DNA of 64,000 nt, taken from contig OZ024743.1 in NCBI GenBank assembly GCA_964016885.1, positions 194,990,001 to 195,054,000 on the forward strand, written 5' to 3'. A model generated the notes under the pieces. That model had not been told where the DNA came from and did not search any database. It saw nothing but the letters and a program-made list of their open reading frames with translations. The stretch's first letter is position 1. The number at the start of each line of letters is the position of its first letter. Positions 28,102-38,924 of the stretch are shown piece after piece. This DNA comes from Eledone cirrhosa (taxonomy: Eukaryota). Position numbers and translations under genes: made by a program.

Positions 28102-28702
28102 GTATTTATTATGTTTTAATATCTCTATGTGTGCATTGATTGTGTATACATATAATTATTCTTTTAATATCCAATTGAGTTCTTAAACACGTGGTAAATA
28201 CCTAACAGGTTTAAATGACCAGCGTGTATATTGTTTTATATTTTAAGATGATCTCCTCTTAACCTCTTGGGGACAGCGTGTATTTTATCTTTGGGAGGAC
28301 TGCTGGATTTTCGAATCTACAAGTCTCTTCTTAGCGTTGAGGGAGACCATCACTAATCTATTAATGTCGATATAATTCTTATATCGATATTATTTGGGCA
28401 TCCACTGGTGGGTTTACAAGAGCCCGCTTGTGTATAAAACTATGGATTATATACAAGTTTCTACATAACCTGGAAATTATTTATCCCAAATTGTGGAAAA
28501 CTTATAACGAAACGGCCGTCTGGAAGGAAAGAGATATTTATTTAATAATTTCTCATATAAAATAATACAACCAGCTATCCACGAAATACTGATTAGTTAG
28601 CACCCCAAACACTAAATTGGGAAAATACTTAGGCATAACCTAATGTTTATTGTGTGAGATGGAGTTGGTCAGAGTATCGCTTAAGGCTTTATCTGTTAAT
28701 GT

Positions 28703-28706
<4 letters not shown>
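28100..28706 (+). mobile_element. Non-coding segment between (TA)n tracts with decayed long-stem-II hammerhead
   Basis: TCCA-CTGGTGG-GTTTACAAG..CTTATAAC-GAAA-CGGCCG-TC-TGGA at 28401-28524. Confidence 0.5.
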
Positions 28707-28775
<69 letters not shown>

Positions 28776-28884
28776 ATATATATATCAAGTAATATTTTTT
28801 ACCTCCTAATTAAAATAGTTAATTTACTAATTTTTGTACAATATTTCAAAAAGTATACTTTATATATTGAATTCTACTATTTAA

Positions 28885-29035
28885 TACGTTCTGAGTTTCG
28901 CCGCGGTCAACTTTGATTTTCATCCAAACGGGCTTGATAACATATATTATCAGTAAATTACTGGAGTCGATATTATCGATTTTCTCCTTATCCAAAATTG
29001 CTGGCCTTGTGCTAATTTTGGAAACAATTATTGTT
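28885..29035 (+). mobile_element. Degenerate SINE
   Basis: SINE body and tail motifs. Confidence 0.7.
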
Positions 29036-31125
29036 ATATTACGCGAAAACAACATCCATGCAAATATTAGACCTCTGTTTCAACCTTGATATTCATTATT
29101 CAAATAAAGAACATGTTGTCACTTTGTACAAGACATCAACGAAGACATATTTATATTAATGAAAATAAAACCCATCACGCAGTTGGATATGTAAGATTGT
29201 CCTCGGGATTTTCGAATTATTTTTATGAAAACATGTGCGTAAAAACCAATATGTCAAAAGCATGACTCAAAAGAATATACTTTTTTAAGAGTGCCGACAT
29301 TACCTTCGGGGGTTGGATAATACAGAATGTGATTAAAGCGATACACGTGGACGAAAATATATTTTCAAGAGTTATAAAATACTATTGAATATAAACACCT
29401 TGCATAGAATAATGCTATATAAATCATTTATATTTAAGAAAGAAGAGAATGGTTTTACAAATTAAACAAGAAAGATTACAAGCATATTGAACATATCACG
29501 AATAAAAACGAAGTTATAAATTTTACCAGAAACGCATAGAGAATACACGTCCTTAAATATCAACATTTTCAAAGCATTTTGAATTTTTCCAGGTGTATGC
29601 ATACTAATTTTCAAATTTCTCATATTAAAAGGCAAATACAAATTGAATATATAGCCTGCGGTCATAAATAAAAATTAAATAACAAAATATTTCAAGTAAT
29701 ATGCTAAAGATATTCAATATAATCCGAAATGCTGAAGTGATTAGTTCCAATAGTAACATAGAAATGAATAATTTAGCATGACCATAGAAGCTTGATAATG
29801 CGGAAACCCTTCACTAGTAAAAGAGATATAACCTGTTTTGGCCCGGTGTGGACAATATAAGACACAGTTTAATTGAATATATTTGTTAGGATTATAAAAC
29901 AAAACTTGTATTCATCTCTACAGCACAGATAGCATAAAGTGTTAACCAGTTTTATTTTAACAAAATACTGTGGATATTATAGTTTCTCGAATCAATTTAT
30001 AGTTTCATGATTATTTTTGCTTTTTTAGAAAGGAATTTGGATTCTATTTTTATTATGTTACTTCCATTTTTATATCCTTTGTACAATGTTGTTCATATAA
30101 TTTATAATTCTGGGGAGAATTCCTTGAACATGTCTCTTCTATAATCGTGTATTATTTGATATTGCATTATAACATAATTTTAGAGTGAGTAATGTGTCTA
30201 TCGTAGGGAGGCAGCGCTGCTGAGTAAAAGCAGTAAACATTTGTGTTTTATCCAACAGAGTATGGATTCTATAGAAATGCAAAGCTAACAAAAGAAAATC
30301 TAATCAGACAATATTAGACCAGTGTATTAAGATTAAGCGGTTTAAAATAAGGGAGAAGTTGGATAAACGAAGCAAAAAGAACTTCGCTCCGGATAACTAG
30401 ACAAACGAACTATCCTATAGACTCTACAGTGTAAAGTGTGTCATAAAATAAACTGTTTTATTTTAGACGCGATTGGACTTGTTTCGCTTAAGAATGAAAT
30501 ATAATTTTAGAGAGTTTTCATATATTTTGTATCCGCATATCTGCCTGAATGGATGCATTGATGAAAAAAGATATAATGTGTTACCATACATCTAGAAGGA
30601 TCATGACACAATGCATACACAATATAGTATTAATGGTTATTATTCCCTCTTTTATTGCTGATTGGATTCAACTCTAAAAAAAACTATACTAAAAAAAATT
30701 ACGATTTTCCAAAATAAAATAACTTATCTGACGAGTGACGCGATTGAAGAAGAAGCTATTTAGCTATTCTTCACCTCTGAAATGCAGCATAATAAGAAAT
30801 AAAATGGAGCTGAAGAATAAAAGTTTCTCATTCCCTTATTACAAATACTACGTTGGATACCATTTACCGAACCACGACGTGGAATGCTTAAGCTGGAACA
30901 CACCATAGATTGTTAAGCTGAAAAAATAAATTACTATATATATATATAGTAATAATAATAATATTTATACTTATATATGGTTTATATATAATTATAAATA
31001 TTGAGGGTAGTACTAAGCACTAGCCAATTACCAGTAAGAGAAAAGGCTCAAATCTAAATTATCAAATGTATTACAGAGCTGAGATACAAAATATAAAACA
31101 ATCAAATCTTAGTTTAATACAATTA

Positions 31126-31176
31126 ATTGCCGGCAATTGTTTCTTCCAGAGGAATGTCTGGGATCATCGGATCATA
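31126..31176 (-). ncRNA. Decayed type I hammerhead in PLE 3' terminal repeat
   Basis: Minus CCGATGA-TCCCAGA-CATTCC-TCTGGAA-GAAA-CAATTG-CC; core substitutions present. Confidence 0.6.
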
Positions 31177-32470
31177 TACAATGTTTAAACAGGTAATTAA
31201 AATACTAGTCTTCAGAACATTTATAGAGATACATAACTATTGACAGTGTCAGTGATATCATGTAGAAAAGCAGGAGTTACAAAAACGATGTTATGTTACA
31301 GAAATCACAGTGATGGTGAAAAGCATGGTGAGCATATTATATATAAAGATATTCTTTAAGGTAAATACATCTGCAAAAGATACAAGCAAAAAGGTGTAAG
31401 AGAAGATAGATAAAAGATATCATATCATTGAAAAGCTGGTAATGTCAAGGATATATAATGCAAAAATTAATAAAGGCAAGCATGAGGTAAGAGTTATATA
31501 ATAAATAAATCAAGCATATTTCATACAGAATATTAAAGCATGTTAAAAGTGTTACAAATGTTAAAAATGTTTAAAATGGCCTGCAATATGGTAGAGAAAT
31601 ATGTGGTGGTAAAATGAATAAATGTTGTGTAATGTATAATGCAAAAAACGTAAGTAAAATAAGATAGGTAATTTTCATTCAAGAATTTTTATATTAGAGT
31701 TCGTGTATAAATGTATATGTTGGGTGTAAAGCAAATGTATTGAACATGTTATTTTCTTAATTTTAGTTGTAATGTGTTTGAGATGTGTACAGTTTAAACA
31801 TATGTGTTTAGTAAAGATTAATTCCACTGTATTACTAGCCATGTTAGTATAGGAAATATATTATACAATGCATTCCTATCTTTAAATTTTCTATTAAGAA
31901 ATATATCCCTTTGCTTTATGTGAGAGTTATATTAAGTGTTAGACGAGGTCTAATGGTATAAAGGACGTTAAATTGGTTTAATGTTATGAATTTAAAAAAA
32001 TAAACGAAATGATATTCATAGGGGGAGTTAATAACAAAGGGAGGTAATTAAGGAAGTATAAAGGTTGACAATAAAAGAAGGGTTGTTTTATTATTCTAAA
32101 TTATTGTTTATTATCTGTTGGAAATTATCATTCATTAAATTGTGTTATGAGTTAATATTTATAAATTATAAAATATTGTTATTGATTATTTAGCAATTAT
32201 ATATAAAAGCTATTTGTTATTTTATTTATTCAGATTGTGTAAAGAGAGTTAAATTATTAATAATAAGAAAGGGATTTATATAATATATGGCGATATATAA
32301 TGGAGTAATTAGTGTTATGGACACTGTCTGTTGTGAACTATTTAATTAGTGTAATATATTATTTTAGTAGTAAGGATGGAGAGCATATTAGGATGCCTAA
32401 ATTGTTTATTTATTTGGTTATTAAGAAAAAATGTATTTGTATTAGGTGAGAGATCTAGGAAGGAGTTTAT

Positions 32471-32523
<53 letters not shown>

Positions 32524-33232
32524 GGTGATAATTTGATAATTAAGTAAGAGAAAAGGATATCAGATAGTATATAGGTTGGTGTGGTTTGTTAAAGTTAAGG
32601 TGTAGTTATATAATTACAAAAAGCTAAAGAAATAAACTTAAAGGTAGTAGTAATATAGTAATGTATCCGACATTGCCATATATTAGCTATTTGGTTTGAA
32701 ATAGTAGAAAGAATATCTGTGGTAACGTGGACACGTGGAAAATATCTCTGATTTTCTATTTAGCAGGTTGAGATTTGAATGAATAATAGTGCAAGACTCA
32801 AGGAGGCAAAGGTGAAAGAGTTTCTTATCTGGTTTATAAGAAGGGATCTGAGCTATCACTCCCCATCGTAGCGTATATGGTATATTACTTGTTTTTAATG
32901 AGTGTATGTATGTGGATAGTGAAGTTGCATTACTAAGTCTAGGTTTCTAAACGAATGAAGGTGCGAGTTATATCTGGTTTTAAAACTATTCGATGTTGAA
33001 CCTATATAAACCTTGGAAATTTGATTAGCAATGACAGTACAGGAGTAGACAATGTCTTTAACAAGGCAATTATTACTTAATGGGCAAGTTCTATTAGGTT
33101 TACAATTAAAATTGTTATGGTTAATAGTATATTTGTTAAGGGAGTGTGATGTTCAACAGATTTTACTGTTTATACTTCTAGTATTAAGATTATGGTAAGT
33201 ATTAATGTCATTATTTTTAGTATTATTAATAT

Positions 33233-33345
33233 TAAATCCCGCCGAGGTTAACTTTGCCTTTCATCCGTACGGGGTCGATAAAATAAAGTACCAGTAATGC
33301 ACTGGATGATTGCTGGCCTTGTGCCTAAAGTAGAAACAATTATTA
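33233..33345 (+). mobile_element. 5'-truncated SINE inserted in the PLE ORF
   Basis: Near-consensus body; ATTATTAATATTA on both flanks. Confidence 0.9.
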
Positions 33346-35347
33346 ATATTATTTGCAATATAGTCCTGTACTGAGTTATTGTTAAGTTTATTTCTATGTT
33401 GGACATTATTAACTCTTGTGTAATTTGAAGTATTTATTAATCTTTTTCTTGTTACTGCTAGATATATAGTCTGCAATCTTAGGTGTGGTAAAGTAAGAGA
33501 TTTTAATAGTATTTTGTTAAATAGGTTATGGTATTTATGGTTAATGGGGAATGTTTTATCTATAATTGACAAGAATGCTTTAAGTTTGTTGGTGGAGACA
33601 TTTAAGTTGAAAGGAGGATTTAAAAATGAATTACTTCTATTCTTATGATTTTTATTTATATTTATGTTATTGTGATTAACTATATTGTTGCGTGTGGTGT
33701 TAGGTACAGTATTATTTATATTTTTGTTTTTAACATAATTTTTCTTTATGTGGTTTTTCTTAGGACTATTGTTGTGATGCAAGTTAACTTTGTTGATACC
33801 CTCTATACTGTGAGTATATTTAATTTTATTCATGACCATATTATGAGAAATGATAATAGATTGTTTATGAATAGATGACTTTTTAGATGTAAATTAAATG
33901 TTATCTCTATGGCCCGAACGAGCTAAGGCTTCATTATAGTATTGGAAGTTACGGTTAAATATAGTCTCGTTATAAGAAAGACTAGATATTCTATTAGATA
34001 CCCCTTTAATGATTGAGCGCAATACAGATTTTGGGTGGTTAGAATTTATATTAACATAAAATAGTTGTTCATTTGGTTTATGATAAGGTGTATAAGTTTT
34101 AGAGTCTAAGTAAAGGGTAACATCAAGGAAGTTAACATTTTTGGTGTTTTTATCTACGGTGATACCTAAGTTAAAGTTTTTAAATATCTTATGTAATTGT
34201 TTTCTAGTTCTTTTTATATTAATTTTTTTTAAATCTAAGAGGAAAATTGCGTCGTCTCGATAGAAACCGCCGTTAAGGAAAGCTAAATTATTATGGAATT
34301 CGTTTAAGAGAAATAAACCAAGTCTGTGACCTGTTCCGATTCGCTAGATCCCATAGTGATATCGAAGTTGTTAGGTGTATTCTTGAGTGTCCATAATTGA
34401 TCTTCAAATACAATTATGGATTTCCTGGCCGCAAGGATGTCATCCACTTGGGATCCAGTAAGTTCACTATTATTCATAGCCATTATTAGTGCTTTGTTTA
34501 AAAGGATAGGTGAAATAGAGGTGTAGTATGAATTTATATCGAATTGGATAAACTTCTTATTATTACTTTCATTAATATTATTAAACCATTCAATTACTTC
34601 TCCAGTGTTTCCGCAAAGGTTAAGATGGATTTTTTGATTAATTTGGGGCTAAATTTATGTAATTTTTTTGGCTAATAATACCAATGTCGGATCTGGTGGG
34701 GCAAATTAGTCTAATTGTGGGGATGGTCTTTCAGAGAGAATCGTGGGGGATTAGGGGTGTAAAGTTGAGTATATCTTTCTAGTCCTAATTTACATATTAA
34801 AATACGGGCTTCAATATTTATATCGTCTAGGATTTATGAGAGGTTTTCTTGTAATTTTTATAGAGTTCATTATATATACATTTTTCTATATGTTTCATAA
34901 TCTAAGCTATATATGTTTTTAATTTTATCAGCAAATACTAGGATATTCTTATTTTTATTAAAGTTTTTGATAGTGAAATTTAGGTTATTTAGAAAATTGT
35001 TTCTCTTATTGTAGTGTTTTATGTATTTAATTCTTTTAACGAGTGTCACAAGGTCATTTTCAAATGAGTTAAGTAAAGTATTGTGTGGTGGGCTTTTATA
35101 TGTTTTGAAACCGTATGATTCAAACGAAGGTGCATCTTGATCTTTCACAGCGCGGTTCCTATCATAGTGGAAATCCCTCCATCTAACTCTTTTAATAAAA
35201 GAATTGACACTATTAATCAGTAATTTTTCATATGTATCTTTAGATGGGATGGGGATGATCTATAAAGACAAAGGAAGATGATCTTTGATCAACATACCGG
35301 TAATTTCATATATGTTAGCTCAACAAGAAGGAGTCGATATTAGTAAT

Positions 35348-35535
35348 AATTGTTTCTACTTTTGGCACAAGGCCAGCAAATTACCCAGTGCATTACTGGT
35401 ACTTTATTTTATCGACCCAGTAAGGATGAAAGGCAAAGTTAACCTCGGCGGGATTTGAACTCAGAATGGCAAGGACCGTAACTCTTTGCTGCAAAGCATG
35501 GCATCCGACCCTCTACCGATACTGCCAATCCACCC
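35348..35535 (-). mobile_element. Full-length SINE with TSD
   Basis: Complete head, body and tail; CGATATTAGTAATAAT duplicated at 35335-35350 and 35536-35551. Confidence 0.92.
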
Positions 35536-35727
35536 GATATTAGTAATAATAATAATATTTATGCTTATATATGGTTTATATATAATTATAAATATGGAGG
35601 GTAGTACTGAGCACTAGCCAATTACCAGTATGTATATATATATATATGTATGTGAGTGTGTGTGTGCGTGTGTGCGTGTGTGCGTGTGTCTGTGTGTTCG
35701 TGTGTGTGTTTGTGCGTGTGTGTGTGT

Positions 35728-35789
<62 letters not shown>

Positions 35790-36239
35790 AGAGGTGATAG
35801 TTTTGTTGAAATATTTTGGAATGTATGTAAAATTGAAAAGTTTGTCTATTTAAAACCCGTTCAATGCAAGTGTTTCAATTTGCCAAGGTAACAAGTCACC
35901 TGGGAATTGAGAGAGAAAGCAAAATAATAGAAAGTACCTATTACTTTGGCAACCTAGTCAGCTTGCGTTGCATGGCTTTCTAAACAAACAAATGGACATT
36001 TCAGTTTCACATACACACACCCACACGCACACACACACACAGACACACACGCACACACACACGCACGCACACACATCTCAATGAGAAATATATGACGGCC
36101 GGAATCCAATAACTTCTTTTATCGATACAGACATAAGTATTTCTGTGACTAAATGATTACATCATTAGACTATGACGCAATTCCATCTATGACGTCATCA
36201 GATGTCATGAACATAGTAGACTTCATTAAATAATCCTTA

Positions 36240-36372
36240 GCCATGCAACGCAAGCTGACTAGGTTGCCAAGGTAATAGGTTGACTTTGCCTTTCATCCTT
36301 ACGGGGTCGATAAAATAAAGTACGAGTAATGCACTGGGTAATTGCTGGCCTTGTGCCTAGAGTAGAAACAAT
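36240..36372 (+). mobile_element. 5'-truncated SINE fused to an inverted copy of nearby DNA
   Basis: TSD ATTAAATAATCCTTA at 36225-36239 and 36371-36385; 36239-36280 is the reverse complement of 35936-35977. Confidence 0.8.
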
Positions 36373-36865
36373 TAAATAATCCTTACAGAGTCAGAGAAAA
36401 ATAACAACACAACCAAGTTAGGGTGGCTGTTGCAGCGGGTGTCGCTGGCTACTGTCCGCTGATATAATTTTCCGGTTTTTTCTGTGGGGTGCAGCACCAA
36501 CACCGCTGCACCCTAGACCCAGAGACCATCACCCTCTCCCTCCCCGATCCTTTTCTTCTGTGACCATCAAGTTCTTGTGTTTTTCCTCCTTTTCTTCTGT
36601 AATCATCAAGTCCTAGCCTTCCCCCTCCTATTCCTCTCAATTATGGCTTTTATCGTTCTTTCCTCTACTTTTCCACACAGACAGACCTGCCCTTCTTTAT
36701 CCCTTCCCCATTTGTAATGTTATGTATACAATTGTAAATAACGATGTGTATGCGTATTATATTAAATTAGAAATGTTAATTGAATCAGAAACGTCGTAAA
36801 AACTCTATGAGTCTAACATATATATTGAATGGACTAGTCGATTTTCTTCTTATTGTATCAGCGTT

Positions 36866-36896
36866 GTACTTGCTTCGGCAGTACATATACTAAAAT
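36866..36896 (+). pseudogene. U6: U6 snRNA 5' fragment (3'-truncated retrocopy)
   Basis: GTACTTGCTTCGGCAGTACATATACTAAAAT matches the U6 5' stem-loop and following ATATACTAAAAT; flanked by TGTATCAGC direct repeat. Confidence 0.85.
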
Positions 36897-37007
36897 ATGT
36901 ATCAGCTTGCATATTGAACGAAGAAGTATTGCAACACAATACGTTTTGAAACATGATGAATGTATGTATGTATGTATGTATGTATGTATGTATGTATGTA
37001 TGTATGT

Positions 37008-37645
37008 ATTCCAGTACAACCTGTCCCATGGTCGGGTCGTTGGCGGCTTGGTGCTACTGGTAACATGTATTCCAGTACAACCTGTCTAATGGTTGGGTCG
37101 TTGGCGACTAAACTAGCAACCCCAGCAAGGTTTCTTGGTGAGGAGGGTCACTTTCGACATCCTGCAGGATTAAAAACAAAACCTGTCAAAGGGCAAAGGA
37201 GCTCTTAAGAGTCAATGGCCATCCAAAATCACCGGGAGAGATGACCCCTTAGCCTTTGTCAAGGCAGAATTCTAGGAGAAGGAAAACTCTGATATAACAC
37301 ATGCAACCCTGATGATATCCAATGATGTTGACTTGTTCTTCTTTTTGGTAAATATCATCTTGGTTAAGAGAGTGGGACTGGCTTTGTGCAGTGCCTTTGC
37401 TCACTATAAAAGCTTCACGGCACAGGCATTGCTTTATATCTGGAGATCTCTCTGCACTTGTCATCACATTGTACCATGGGCCCAGCACTATGTGTCAATA
37501 ATTGTCACAGGTGAAGTGTTTGTACCAGAGTTTACAAGTCGCTGGCTGGACTAAAAAGTCACACTTGTTTAGCGCATCGGTAGGGGTTCTCCTACATGGA
37601 TATAAAGTACTGGCCGTACTCGAAAACGAGTTGGCAGCCACCATT
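37008..37645 (+). mobile_element. Non-autonomous RTE-derived element (5' UTR joined to 3' end), copy 1
   Basis: 3' part retains C2H2-like CxxCTRxxKSLAGLKSH of RTE-BovB C-termini; ends GGCAGCCACCAT+(TATG)n; 5' segment locally duplicated. Confidence 0.75.
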
Positions 37646-37709
37646 TATGTATGTATGTATGTATGTATGTATGTATGTATGTATGTATGTATGTATGTAT
37701 GTATGTATG

Positions 37710-38182
37710 TTCTTCTGGTTTTATAATTTCACAAAGTTTTACCAATAGAGAGAGAGTCGGTTTCTAACATAGACACAAGACTCTCTCATTGGAATTTACA
37801 CAACATCAACTAGGTAGATATGTATGTCTGCATGCATGCACGTGTAAATATGGATGTTATTGTATGTGTGGATGTGTATGTTTTGAGTTGTATGTGTGCA
37901 TGTGTATATGCTTTGTATCTGTACATGTGTATATGCAGTTATTAGATGCAACATTTTTGGAATGTTTTACATATTTTTACTGTTCCATTAATGGATTGTA
38001 CTTGTAATTTCCTAACTAGTTGTGTTCTTTCTGTTCCTGTGAAGCCTAGCTTTTCAAGATTTGTATTGAGGCAGTTACTAACATACCCCAGTACCCCAAC
38101 AATCACAGGCATAAATCTGAAGGTGTAATCAGGGTGGAGTATCTGCAGATTTCTCATCAGTTCTGCACAAATATTCTCCTTT
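37710..38182 (-). mobile_element. R4/Dong-clade non-LTR element, 3' fragment
   Basis: KENICAELMRNLQILHPDYTFRFMPVIVGVLG C-terminus plus 3' UTR; (TATG)n at both junctions. Confidence 0.85.
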
Positions 38183-38249
38183 ATGTATGTATGTATGTAT
38201 GTATGTATGTATGTATGTATGTATGTATGTATGTATGTATGTATGTATG

Positions 38250-38857
38250 TCAGGTCACCAGTTGGTGCTACTGGTAACATGTATCCCAGTACAACCTGTT
38301 TCATGGTTGGGTCGTTGGCGACTAAACTGGCAACCCCACCAAGTTTTCTTGGTGAGGAGGGTGACTTTGGACATCCTGCAGCACTAAAAACAAATCCTGT
38401 CAAAGGGCAAAGGATCTCTTAGGAGTCAATGGCCATCCAAAATCACCGGGAGAGCTGACCCATTAGCCTTTGTCAAGGCAGAATTCTAGGAGAAGGAAAA
38501 CTCTGATATAACACCTGCAACCCTGATGGTATCCAATGATGTTGACTTGTTCTTCTTTTTGGTAAATATCATCTTGGTTAAGAGAGTGGGACTGGCTTTG
38601 TGCAGTGCCTTTGCTCACTATAAAAGCTTCACGGCACAGGCATTGCTTTATATCTGGAGATCTCTCTGCACTTGTCGTCACATGGTACCATGGGCCCAGC
38701 ACTGTGTGTCAATAATTGTCACAGGTGTAGTGTTTGTACCAGAGTTTTCAAGTCGCTGGCTGGACTAAAAAGTCACACTCGTTCAGCGCATCGGTAGAGG
38801 TTCTCCTACATGGATATAAAGTAGTGGCCATACTCGAAAACGAGTTGGCAGCCACCA
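38250..38857 (+). mobile_element. Non-autonomous RTE-derived element, copy 2
   Basis: Highly similar to 37050-37645; NCHRCSVCTRVFKSLAGLKSHTRSAHR*; (TATG)n flanks. Confidence 0.78.
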
Positions 38858-38924
38858 TGTATGTATGTATGTATGTATGTATGTATGTATGTATGTATGT
38901 ATGTATGTATGTATGTATTATGTA

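Larger units (their letters stand above)
30948..35630 (-). mobile_element. Near-full-length decayed Penelope-like element (Naiad-like) with terminal direct repeat
   Basis: N-terminus IPIPSK..LINSVNSFIKRVRW (~35170-35260); RT FDITMGS..YRDDA..VNFLDVTL (34100-34700); CPLSNNC..VYSC..YIGSTSNSFKTRY..HLCLLE (32700-33110); ~90 bp repeat at 30948-31036 and 35542-35629; (TA)n flanks; two SINE insertions. Confidence 0.9.

Noticed and set aside
35936-36280. MITE with 42 bp TIRs
   Set aside because: The TSD brackets the right repeat plus the SINE, favouring a templated insertion; reported as a finding instead
38250-38335. HDV-like ribozyme at the 5' end of the RTE-derived element
   Set aside because: P2-, P3- and P4-like pairings can be drawn, but there is no room for a P1 helix
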